A DNA stretch of 58,106 nucleotides from a virus (taxonomy: Duplodnaviria; Caudoviricetes), in IMG/VR virus record IMGVR_UViG_3300030329_004093, positions 1 through 58,106 of that record; one strand, given 5' to 3'. The position numbers and the translations under genes are program-made. Under the pieces are notes generated by a model, which saw nothing but the letters and a program-made list of their open reading frames with translations, made no database searches and was not told the DNA's origin. Positions 49,168-58,106 of this stretch are shown piece after piece (the stretch's first letter is position 1; the number at the start of each line of letters is the position of its first letter).

Positions 49168-49234
49168 GATATTCTCCTTATTGTATTAAAATAATTCATT
49201 GTAATATAAAATACTCTCTTTATATATACAACAT

Positions 49235-50524
49235 TTAAATTGTAAATTCTACGGTTAAACTTCCTTTTATATTTTTTGTACCAACACCACTAGTATATCT
49301 AAATACTAAAAACAATGCATCTCCTGCATTTATTACATGGTTTATATCACTCACATTTAAAATTTGCTTCCATGTTGAAGCAGTTACTGAACCAAGATTA
49401 TATGCAGACCCTATTCTTGCTGCTGTAGAAGCTGCTGCATTACCGTTATTAATAACTACATCCCATAATTCAGCACTATAACTAGCAGTACTATCTACAG
49501 CTCCTACCCATCTTATATTATTTATAGTTGAATTTGTAGTCGGCACAAAAATAGCTTTTTCTGCTATACCATAACCACTCCCTAAATCCCAATCAGAAGC
49601 TGATAAAGAACCTGTAGTTCCTAAATCTGTTCCACCAGCATGCCAATTACTATTAGTAAGCCTACTTGATACTTCTTTTGTTAAATAATGCTTATTAGCA
49701 CTTATATCTGCTCTAAGCTCATCAGGAGTTCTATGTTTTATATAACCTCTAGTAGTATTATCTGTTACTAAAATCTTATTACCAGACACGCCTGAAGGTA
49801 TAGTTCCTACTTGAAGCCATCCTCCAGAAGTAATAGCAAGCCTTATTGCGCTATCAGCAGAAGATGGAGTTAAGTCAGATAATTTTCCAGCTATACCAGC
49901 ACCGCCTCCACCACTTCCTGTCTTCTGCATTAGTTTAAATTTATTTTCGGATGTATCTAATCCAAGAACCCAAGCAACTGTTGAAAAAGTTTCTGGATGA
50001 ACTGTTCCAAAGCTACTAAATTGGTCCCATTTATCAGTACCTGTATCAGCATCTTTATGTGTAAAAAACCTCATATGAGCATGTCCTGTATTTTCAATAA
50101 GAAAAGTAGGGTCTTTAGACTCATCATCAGTCATACTCACTTTGTCATCTCTTTTGAAAAAAGCTGGTGTTTTTAAATCTGCATTATTATCTTTATCTAT
50201 AGAAATTAAATGCTCTACTTTTTTTCCTTTATAAATCTTAGTTTTATTATCTTTATCTAAACTTATTTCACCAGCTTTACTTGGTTTTCTACCAACAGGT
50301 AAATATACAGGCTCTTGTCGTTCACTCCTTTTTGAAGTATATAAAGACATTCTACTACCATACCAATTTTCACCCCATTTGTAAAAAAAGAATAAACCTC
50401 TTCCAGGTACATGTCTTATAGTAAAATCACCATCCCTACCTTCTCTATTAGCAGGAATTCCTTCACCTCTTGTAATAAGTTTTTGTTTTAATCTTAATTC
50501 AGCTTTTAAATTTCTAGTCTTCAT
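49235..50524 (-). CDS. Putative tail/fibre-associated protein
   Basis: GIPANREGRDGD...YKWGENW N-terminal motif; beta-rich C-terminus. Confidence 0.5.
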   Translation of the reverse strand: MKTRNLKAELRLKQKLITRGEGIPANREGRDGDFTIRHVPGRGLFFFYKWGENWYGSRMSLYTSKRSERQEPVYLPVGRKPSKAGEISLDKDNKTKIYKGKKVEHLISIDKDNNADLKTPAFFKRDDKVSMTDDESKDPTFLIENTGHAHMRFFTHKDADTGTDKWDQFSSFGTVHPETFSTVAWVLGLDTSENKFKLMQKTGSGGGGAGIAGKLSDLTPSSADSAIRLAITSGGWLQVGTIPSGVSGNKILVTDNTTRGYIKHRTPDELRADISANKHYLTKEVSSRLTNSNWHAGGTDLGTTGSLSASDWDLGSGYGIAEKAIFVPTTNSTINNIRWVGAVDSTASYSAELWDVVINNGNAAASTAARIGSAYNLGSVTASTWKQILNVSDINHVINAGDALFLVFRYTSGVGTKNIKGSLTVEFTI

Positions 50525-50954
50525 CGTGTTTATTTGTAGAAATATCTCTTCTAGTTACATATTCTAACCCAAAGTCATTTATAAATAAATTACCTGGCCA
50601 TACAGGAGAAAAAAACTTTAATTGAGCATCTTTTACTGATAAATTTAAATCAGATAAATCTACTTTATAATAATATGCACCTCCAGAAGTTCCTTGTCTA
50701 ACAAGGTCAGAATTAGTCATAGAAAAAAGAGGAATAGAGTTTTCTCCAATTATACAAGATACACTTAAATAAAAATCATTTGATTCTAATACTCCATATT
50801 CATCATATATTTGAGGACCATAAAAAACATTAACATAAGCTCCTGTAATTCTTTTCTCACTATTTACAACACCTAAATCTGTAAGCTTTGTGATAAACTT
50901 CCAGTGTGTACTTACAGGTTTTGAATTCCATATTTTAGCAGATACAACCTTCAT
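50514..50954 (-). CDS. Hypothetical tail-associated protein
   Basis: Overlaps nozzle gene; TKLTDLG...K and INDFGLEY resemble tail tubular B C-termini. Confidence 0.45.
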   Translation of the reverse strand: MKVVSAKIWNSKPVSTHWKFITKLTDLGVVNSEKRITGAYVNVFYGPQIYDEYGVLESNDFYLSVSCIIGENSIPLFSMTNSDLVRQGTSGGAYYYKVDLSDLNLSVKDAQLKFFSPVWPGNLFINDFGLEYVTRRDISTNKHDED

Positions 50955-53900
50955 CTTGTTTCCTTAGTCCCATCTAAATGATTCGGGCTTCTGTGACCAG
51001 TATTAGTAATAAACAAAGGAGTACTTGATTCTACACCAGCACTAATAACATTAGTCATATTATTACCATATCCATTATTAATTCTTTTTTCTCCATATGT
51101 CCAGTTTTTTGTATTTAAACTATAAATCATAACATTACCACCTATCATCGAAGAACCCGATAATACATTAGATGCTTCAAAATCTTGTCCAACAATGCAT
51201 TCCATTGAGCTAGAATTATATATTACAAAAACTTCAGTATCTTCACCTGCTCTTTCGAAGATATTTTTCCAATGATTAAATATACTGCTATCAAGCCTAC
51301 CAGTATTATCTGCTCCTGTAATTTTTCTTTCTTTTTCATCATCGTCACCTGAATAATGTAAATTATTTACTTTATCTCCATCATATAAATAAGCTCCATT
51401 TTTATTTACCCAAAATAAACCTTCTTCAGTTTCTACTACATGATGTTTACTAGATATTCCTTTATATTTATGTCTTTCTTCAACAAAGAATTCAGAAGGA
51501 ATTCCAGAAGATATATTAAGTATATACATTATATTCTTTTTAAACTGAACAACTTTATCACCTATACTCATTAAAGATACAATTTCATCACCATCAGATA
51601 TATCTAAGTCTAATACTCCATAAGGATAAGGGAATGTATCTAATTGGTTAGCTGGACTTAATACTACTCTATCATTAAAATAATCATAACTACCATCTAT
51701 TCTTTTTACTGCAATATTTCCTACAAAACTTCTTCTGCCTGCTATACAATGAGTTTTATATCTTATATCTGTTGTATAGTTTTTAGTAGGAGAAAATCCA
51801 TTTGTTTTTTCAAAACTATCTATTTTAGGCATAGTATAAAAATCTATTGCTCTTGTTGAATCACTTGGTGTGCCATCTTGATTTTGAATATATGCAATAG
51901 TTGAATTTCCAGAACCTTTTAATTTCCATTTATAGACTTGACCGAGTCCAGTATCAAATCCTGGAGTAAATACTTCATTAGCTTTATTAAATCCAGAATC
52001 CCAAGTTACTTTACCTAAACTCCAAAATGTTTCATGCCCTTCTTCAGAGCTAGTATAATAGATATGTATTCCTTTTACATTTCTATTGAAAATATAATCA
52101 TCTCCACCATTATTAGTTGGTTTAACTGCTATTTGAATGCGAAGATGATGGCCATCTTCAACTCCAAGTGTATCTCCAAATTCCATAACATTACCACTAC
52201 CTGAAGTTTGAAAAGTATGAGCTGGTATACTTTCTCCATCATCTTGGAAAATAGCTGCAGCATAAAATATACAATCGCCAATCCAATCTATTCCATCACC
52301 ATCATCTACTTTAGTAAATTGAACACCCATATTTGCTACATCATTATAACTACTTGCAGTAAAAAAGTAATCAATATCTGAAGTGTAAGTACGCAAACCA
52401 TTGTATCTATTTTGTGCGGTTTGACTATCATCATAAGTGAATATCCAATCTCTCGTATTGTCTTCAAGATAATATCCAGTTTTAGTTAAATGTCCAGTTG
52501 GGTCCCAAATATCCCATTGAGATGCTAAATCAGCTAAAGTATCCCATCCAAAAAACCCACTACGTAAATTGTCATAATATTTTAACTTGTAATTAGGATT
52601 ATTAAGAGCGAAATTACTTTCACATAATCTTAATTCACTTCCTTCATTCCAAAAAACAGGTTTTGTATTTTCACCAGACTCATAATACCATGGCAAAGAA
52701 TCTTCATATCCAGTTTTCCACATACCTTGGTGTTTGCTATATAAATTTACATATACTCTATAATTAGTCATGCCTGAGTCATAACCATTATCAGATGAAC
52801 TAACAGCTACTTCACTATTAGTTAGTAATAATGTTATTTCTTCAGAAATTCCTTGAACCACCTCTCTAGAACTATCTGGATTATCATTAAGGTCTACTAT
52901 AACTTCAAATTGAGAATTTTGACCAGCTGCGTCTGATGTAATCTCTATATAAGTATTTGGATTTGAATGAGTAGCTGTTATTCCCGTATAATGGTCATTT
53001 ATATAATCTTTAATAGCTGGTAAATCTATAGTCCAAGTATTGTTTAATCTATATTCATTTCCTGACTGAAATAACGGATGAGATGTTAATCCCTGAGTAC
53101 CACTTCCATAAATAACACCACTACCTGCAGTATTTCCATTTTTAATTATTATATTAAATAAATCTCCAGAGTATTCAACTCCTAGAAAATCTAATTTCCA
53201 TTTGTCTTTTGTAGTAGAAACACCACCACTCATTAATCTGCTTTGTCTATTAAAAAATCCTGAACCATAATCTCTATACTTAGCATTTTCCCAATCATCT
53301 TTCATTGTCTCTGTTATTTCTCCAGTATTTTCTGGACACCAATGAACCCACTCATTACCATCTTCACTTATTGGATGATAACCATATTTATGTATAATAG
53401 AACCAGCTGCATGAGAAGCTGCAGTCGTATTGCTTCCTGTAGATTCATCATATTGAGCTCTTCTTACTTCTAAATAAAATCCTCTTGATAAACTATCATT
53501 ATTTAATATAAGTGGATATACATGATTTAAAATTTGATGGTCATAATTAATACCATGTACTGGTCCTTGCTTATCAACTACTAAAAATACTTCACTATTT
53601 ATTTTAAACTTTTCTCCTACTCTAGTTCTAAGCCAAAATTCTTTAGTTATACATAAAGCTCCATCTGATACTCCTCCATTCGCGTAATTGGAAAACGGTG
53701 TATATACAAATAATTTTTTAACAGAGGCAGTAAGAGCGTCAGCTGCAACAGTATTGCTAGGCCAATAGGCCCTCCAATTAATTGTTTGAGATGCATATGG
53801 TCCTTGAGTAATTACTCCCTCCTCCGATGTATTATCTCCCGCACTTTCTACATCGTATCCATAATAATTATCTACAACTCTTTCTACAGCTCTAGTAACT

Positions 53901-56227
53901 CCCCATACTTTTCCAGTATCTGTTCCCCAATAATCATCAGAATAATAATTTCTACTATCAACTGCTGTGCCATCAGTATACCACTGTTTACCAAGCATTG
54001 GAAACCAAGTTCTTTCTGGTACAAGTAAATCATTACCACTTCCAGAAGCATTTTTTAAATTTGCTCCAGTACAATGAACAGTTAATTGTTTTCCATTTAA
54101 ACTACCCATATCAAATTCTTGACTTCTTATAATCAAATAATCATTAATATAATTAGTAAAATGCTTTATTTCATTATAGCCTTGTTCGGGGTCACCATAT
54201 ACTTTTTCATAATCAAAATTAGCAAAATAAGCTTCATACTTATCTGTAGAATCACTACCAGGATAATCATTAATTGCTTTACATATATGCATTAATAAAG
54301 ATAATTTAACTAATTTAGCTGAGCTTCTTTCCCAAAGACTTTTAGAAGGAATAAAATTTTCATTATTATTATCTACATACCAATCACACATTTCTTTAAA
54401 ATTAGCTAAATGAGGTTGAGGAAAATTAATTTCAGATGTTATTTTATAAGGAACGTCGCCTTCTGGACCTGCATCACCATTTTGACTATCGTGAGTTCCT
54501 GGATATGTATATAAGGCTCCTGATGCAGGATATCGATAATCTTGAGTATCTTGCCATAAATCAGAATCATAAGGTTTTCTATTTTTGTTAATATGTTTTC
54601 TTGAAACGTATTTATGATTTTTTCGTAAGTTACCTCCATCATTATTAAATCCTGAAAACATATGAAATCCTATTGCACTTCTAGCAAATGGTGAATTGCT
54701 GTAACCATGTACAAACCTACTGTCATTCCATACAGCATAATCTACAGCATAATGACTATCTTTTGTTTCATACCAATCAACTCCTTGCGCAGATTTAACT
54801 AAATATTCTCCACCAACATCTGGATTACTTCCAGTTGAATTTCCTCCTCTGTGGTCAAAAAATGTAAAATAATAAGGACTAGGATTTTCTTGCCAAAAAT
54901 ATCTAACTATAGGTTCTCCAATAGCCCCTTCTCCATTTAGTCCAGCATTATATCCCCAGATTGGCTTTTTATCATGGGAAGGACCAGGTAAATCTTGCCC
55001 TATATTATTTAACATTATTAAACTACCAGTTGTAGACTGACATGGAGCATTATGTCCTCTAGCTACAAAAAAATCCCATTCAACTTCATCTGCAAAATAA
55101 CGACTTAAATTTGGAACAGAAGAATTTTGATAAAATGATGTACTATTATCTGCAATATACATATCCTTACCGAAATAAGTATGTGGTCTTCTTTGTCCAC
55201 CAGCTCCAGATAACCCAGTATATAATTCCTCCATTATAGTTTCTGCATCAATATCTGTAGAAGGTGAATGAAGATTTGCGTCAGCCCAATTATCGCCTTG
55301 ATAGTCTGGCATTGTATAGTCATGCCAATCTACATTAGTTCCACAAGGATAAACACCAAATATTTTTTCCTTAAAAGTATAAGCTATATGAACATAATAT
55401 GGAGAATCCCAAGGATATGGATAAGGAGTAAAGTAACCTCCTGTTATACCTGCTTTCATACTATATACTGGAGAGCCTTGATAATTCATTTGATGTCCAG
55501 GCCATAATCCTATTTGACCATCATGTGCTGGAAAATTATAATCGTATCCATCACTTGGTGTTGGGTCACTTGAATTAGACATAGGTATAGTAGAATATAC
55601 ATTGTTAATAGGACCAGATTCCCCATCAGGTGTTTGTGGAGGTTGAGTACAATAATTCCACCAGGTAAAGTCTCTAAATTTATCAATACCATCAGCATCT
55701 CCTGTTCCTCCAGTTAATCTAAATCCATTAGCTAAACTCCCTTCTCTTACAATAAGAGGGTCCATTATAGCAACACCGTTGACTTTAAGTTGTATTTTTA
55801 ATTGACCAGATTTTATAGTCTGACTTTTTTTATGCAAGTTTCCATCAACTGCTTTAGATACATCTTTATCATCTTTAAATAACCATAAAAGACTTAAAGG
55901 GTCAAAAGCTACATGACAAGGTTCTCCTGGAGTATAATACTCTTCATGATTAACTCTAATTCTAGCATGTTGAGCGCCACCAGGAGTAAATGTATAATCA
56001 GAAAAAAAACTTGCTAATCCTTCTCCTGGAATAATGTCTCCATATATACTAGTTTCTGGGACAAAGTTTTCATTCTTTTCAGCTATACCTAAAGTTTTTA
56101 AAACACCTAATTGGTCTACAGCAATATTTTCTAAATGCTGAAATTCATTAGAATTAATATCTTTAGGATTTGAATAATTACTTAATCCTCCTGAAAAGTC
56201 ATTAAATTTCCATATTTCTTTAGCCAT
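50951..56227 (-). CDS. Tail nozzle / tubular protein B-like (stabilisation protein) with large insertion
   Basis: FNDFSGGL...NPKDI...ENI N-terminus and beta-propeller-like C-terminus (GRRSFVGN, DGDEIVSL, GLFWVNKNGAYLYDG). Confidence 0.7.
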   Translation of the reverse strand: MAKEIWKFNDFSGGLSNYSNPKDINSNEFQHLENIAVDQLGVLKTLGIAEKNENFVPETSIYGDIIPGEGLASFFSDYTFTPGGAQHARIRVNHEEYYTPGEPCHVAFDPLSLLWLFKDDKDVSKAVDGNLHKKSQTIKSGQLKIQLKVNGVAIMDPLIVREGSLANGFRLTGGTGDADGIDKFRDFTWWNYCTQPPQTPDGESGPINNVYSTIPMSNSSDPTPSDGYDYNFPAHDGQIGLWPGHQMNYQGSPVYSMKAGITGGYFTPYPYPWDSPYYVHIAYTFKEKIFGVYPCGTNVDWHDYTMPDYQGDNWADANLHSPSTDIDAETIMEELYTGLSGAGGQRRPHTYFGKDMYIADNSTSFYQNSSVPNLSRYFADEVEWDFFVARGHNAPCQSTTGSLIMLNNIGQDLPGPSHDKKPIWGYNAGLNGEGAIGEPIVRYFWQENPSPYYFTFFDHRGGNSTGSNPDVGGEYLVKSAQGVDWYETKDSHYAVDYAVWNDSRFVHGYSNSPFARSAIGFHMFSGFNNDGGNLRKNHKYVSRKHINKNRKPYDSDLWQDTQDYRYPASGALYTYPGTHDSQNGDAGPEGDVPYKITSEINFPQPHLANFKEMCDWYVDNNNENFIPSKSLWERSSAKLVKLSLLMHICKAINDYPGSDSTDKYEAYFANFDYEKVYGDPEQGYNEIKHFTNYINDYLIIRSQEFDMGSLNGKQLTVHCTGANLKNASGSGNDLLVPERTWFPMLGKQWYTDGTAVDSRNYYSDDYWGTDTGKVWGVTRAVERVVDNYYGYDVESAGDNTSEEGVITQGPYASQTINWRAYWPSNTVAADALTASVKKLFVYTPFSNYANGGVSDGALCITKEFWLRTRVGEKFKINSEVFLVVDKQGPVHGINYDHQILNHVYPLILNNDSLSRGFYLEVRRAQYDESTGSNTTAASHAAGSIIHKYGYHPISEDGNEWVHWCPENTGEITETMKDDWENAKYRDYGSGFFNRQSRLMSGGVSTTKDKWKLDFLGVEYSGDLFNIIIKNGNTAGSGVIYGSGTQGLTSHPLFQSGNEYRLNNTWTIDLPAIKDYINDHYTGITATHSNPNTYIEITSDAAGQNSQFEVIVDLNDNPDSSREVVQGISEEITLLLTNSEVAVSSSDNGYDSGMTNYRVYVNLYSKHQGMWKTGYEDSLPWYYESGENTKPVFWNEGSELRLCESNFALNNPNYKLKYYDNLRSGFFGWDTLADLASQWDIWDPTGHLTKTGYYLEDNTRDWIFTYDDSQTAQNRYNGLRTYTSDIDYFFTASSYNDVANMGVQFTKVDDGDGIDWIGDCIFYAAAIFQDDGESIPAHTFQTSGSGNVMEFGDTLGVEDGHHLRIQIAVKPTNNGGDDYIFNRNVKGIHIYYTSSEEGHETFWSLGKVTWDSGFNKANEVFTPGFDTGLGQVYKWKLKGSGNSTIAYIQNQDGTPSDSTRAIDFYTMPKIDSFEKTNGFSPTKNYTTDIRYKTHCIAGRRSFVGNIAVKRIDGSYDYFNDRVVLSPANQLDTFPYPYGVLDLDISDGDEIVSLMSIGDKVVQFKKNIMYILNISSGIPSEFFVEERHKYKGISSKHHVVETEEGLFWVNKNGAYLYDGDKVNNLHYSGDDDEKERKITGADNTGRLDSSIFNHWKNIFERAGEDTEVFVIYNSSSMECIVGQDFEASNVLSGSSMIGGNVMIYSLNTKNWTYGEKRINNGYGNNMTNVISAGVESSTPLFITNTGHRSPNHLDGTKETR

Positions 56228-56374
56228 TTATTTTTTTATTTTATCCAATATAGGTTTTAATACCATATCGAAAATCAAATCATCTTTTTTAGATGGACTT
56301 AATTTTATACCTTTTTCAAGCACATATAATGCTAATAAAAAATATTCCCAATTTGATGTAATTAATTCTATCAT
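56228..56374 (-). CDS. Small membrane protein (holin-like), 48 aa
   Basis: Manual ORF MIELITSNWEYFLLALYVLEK...PSKKDD. Confidence 0.5.
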   Translation of the reverse strand: MIELITSNWEYFLLALYVLEKGIKLSPSKKDDLIFDMVLKPILDKIKK

Positions 56375-56661
56375 TTTCTAATCTCCCTTTTTTCTATTTT
56401 ATTTATTCTTTTTTCAAGTTTTCTATAATCACCTTTGGTAAATACAGGAGGATGAGAGTCTGCTTTAAGTATAGCTACATTCTTCTCAAGTTCTTCTATA
56501 TATCTACCTTGTCTATTTACTACTTTTCTTAATTGCTTTACTTGTATATCAAGCTCATTAGGTTCTTCAACATATTTTTGTATGTTTTTAACAACCTTCT
56601 CTTTTAACACTTGTTTAGCAATATTTCCAAGTATTTTTTTACCTATTATTTTTCCTATCAT
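56371..56661 (-). CDS. Hypothetical coiled-coil protein (possible spanin-like)
   Basis: In lysis cluster; YVEEPNELD, DSHPP. Confidence 0.45.
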   Translation of the reverse strand: MIGKIIGKKILGNIAKQVLKEKVVKNIQKYVEEPNELDIQVKQLRKVVNRQGRYIEELEKNVAILKADSHPPVFTKGDYRKLEKRINKIEKREIRK

Positions 56662-56670
56662 AATATCTCC

Positions 56671-56847
56671 TTAAAGGTTTTTTATTTTAGCATATAAAGT
56701 CATAGAACCTATAACTATTCCAATCCCTAAAGATATAAAAGTTAATACAGGATTCAAAACTTTTAAAACACCAATTAATGTAGATAAAAAGCTTGTTCCA
56801 ATACCTATTTCAGGATTACTAGCTAAAACTTTTAAAGTATCTTTCAT
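56671..56847 (-). CDS. Holin-like membrane protein (58 aa)
   Basis: Manual ORF with two hydrophobic segments and a basic tail; SD AAGGAG. Confidence 0.55.
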   Translation of the reverse strand: MKDTLKVLASNPEIGIGTSFLSTLIGVLKVLNPVLTFISLGIGIVIGSMTLYAKIKNL

Positions 56848-57209
56848 TTTCTCTCCTTACAATCATCCCATTTTTTCAAGTCTAGCATTGGTAAAGGCTT
56901 TTCTATCATATGGTCTTTTAATTTATCATTTTGTATTGCAACTTTATTTCCACCTTTAATAAAAGGTTTACCATTAGTGCAACCTACTTCATATACGAAT
57001 AATATCGTTTTCCAAAATCCTACTCTAACTACTCTTGCTGGTCTATCATCAAATATAATTACATCATCTGTATTTAAATCATCACCAGCAAAGACTTTAA
57101 TAGCCTCAATGGTAGATTCAATTGTCTTTCTTCCAATTAAGAACACAAAAGCTAATACAGCCATCCAACCATATTGTCCAATTAAATTCTCTATTGCTTC
57201 TTGTTCCAT
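56844..57209 (-). CDS. Membrane-anchored hypothetical protein
   Basis: N-terminal TM segment and small beta domain reminiscent of the MscS middle domain. Confidence 0.5.
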   Translation of the reverse strand: MEQEAIENLIGQYGWMAVLAFVFLIGRKTIESTIEAIKVFAGDDLNTDDVIIFDDRPARVVRVGFWKTILFVYEVGCTNGKPFIKGGNKVAIQNDKLKDHMIEKPLPMLDLKKWDDCKERK

Positions 57210-57218
57210 AAATCTCCA

Positions 57219-57986
57219 TTATTTATTTCCGTCTATTAACTGCCCCCATACTGTTGCTTTACCATCTATTATCTGCACAACATCTACAGTGAATTTACCT
57301 TTATCGTAAAAATCAATTATTGCAAATGCATGAGCCCAATTAATTTTTCTATGTCCAAGCCATTCATTAGCTTCATCAGACATATCTTTTAAACAACCTA
57401 TACTCCAAGCTCCTTTAGGTCCATCAATATGTGTAGCAGTCATATGCTGTAAATCATGCCAATGCCCATACATTATATTACCACCTAATTTTCTTAAATG
57501 ATTAGCTGTATGATATTGACCACCATAATGATGACCATGATAAAAATTCATTTTACCGACCTTTAAGTACTCACCCATAGGATAGTACTTATAACCTCTT
57601 TTATCAAGTTTAAGAGCGTTTTTTGCTAAGTATTGAGGTAAATAAGGATGCTCTTCTACTAATAAGTTAAGCCAATTCTCATGATTTCCCTCACAAAAAT
57701 ATTTTTCTTTACAATTTACTTTATCAAGAGATTCGTCAATAATATCCATACCTGCATTAACATTTTTAATATCTCTATCATAAGTATCTATTAAATATTC
57801 TAAAGGAGGTTTTGTTTTACCTCTCCACTTATGTTTAGAAAAAGCTTCCCATTCTCCTGTATCACCTAAATCAATATATATATTAGGCTCTACCAATTCT
57901 ATTGCTTTGCAGACTGCTTTAATAGCTGGGATGTCTGCATGAGGAAAATGTTTATCTGGTGTAACTACTGCTCTTTTCTTAAGCAT
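57219..57986 (-). CDS. Calcineurin-like metallophosphoesterase
   Basis: DKH, LGD, GNHE, HGH, GHWH motifs. Confidence 0.85.
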   Translation of the reverse strand: MLKKRAVVTPDKHFPHADIPAIKAVCKAIELVEPNIYIDLGDTGEWEAFSKHKWRGKTKPPLEYLIDTYDRDIKNVNAGMDIIDESLDKVNCKEKYFCEGNHENWLNLLVEEHPYLPQYLAKNALKLDKRGYKYYPMGEYLKVGKMNFYHGHHYGGQYHTANHLRKLGGNIMYGHWHDLQHMTATHIDGPKGAWSIGCLKDMSDEANEWLGHRKINWAHAFAIIDFYDKGKFTVDVVQIIDGKATVWGQLIDGNK

Positions 57987-58105
57987 TAATCCACCAACTC
58001 AAAATGAGGAAAATCATCAAACTTATTGTCATCTACCTCAAAGTTCATATTCCAGTCTCCTCCCCAGCGAAGAGTAATACCCATCCTATTAGCCACCCCA
58101 AGGAC
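57986..58105 (-). CDS. Endolysin, peptidase M15, C-terminal part, truncated by window edge
   Basis: VLGVANRMGITLRWGGDWNMN...FDDFPHFEL*, the WGGDW...DxPHFE M15 signature. Confidence 0.85.
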   Translation of the reverse strand, partial: VLGVANRMGITLRWGGDWNMNFEVDDNKFDDFPHFELVD

Positions 58106-58106
58106 A

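Noticed and set aside
917-57309. Many short ORFs nested in or antisense to long genes (e.g. 978..1307, 4834..5169, 47585..47920, 48845..49135, 56977..57309)
   Set aside because: Shadow ORFs overlapping well-supported genes, with no SD or motifs
1-58106. Stop-codon reassignment as in some crAss-like phages
   Set aside because: Long genes are intact in the standard code, TAA, TAG and TGA all end plausible genes, and there is no suppressor tRNA

Overview
AT-rich, gene-dense, near-complete (~58 kb) genome of a tailed dsDNA phage with crAss-like/podovirus architecture. The two window ends carry the N- and C-terminal parts of the same M15-type endolysin, so the genome is probably circularly permuted with only a short gap. 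The minus strand carries the virion and lysis genes: TerS/TerL, portal, scaffold, major capsid, head-tail adaptors, duplicated LamG tail/spike cassettes, a 1758-aa tail nozzle, several ejection proteins, and a 3743-aa protein with a zincin HExxH motif plus an RxP...DYDGD two-barrel RNA polymerase active site (putative virion RNAP). The plus strand (18.3-30.0 kb) is the early/replication block: a ~770-nt GOLLD-like RNA, a PNKP-type HAD phosphatase, an atypical tRNA-Met, a ~1.1-kb array of tandem stem-closed RNA modules sharing a TTGAG...CTCA closing motif (including tRNA-mimic units), an apparently circularly permuted AAA_24/Sak4-like ATPase, SSB, primase-helicase, Gp157-like, DUF932-like and a resolvase. 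I recognised no DNA polymerase or integrase. All family assignments come from reading motifs by eye; no database searches were run.
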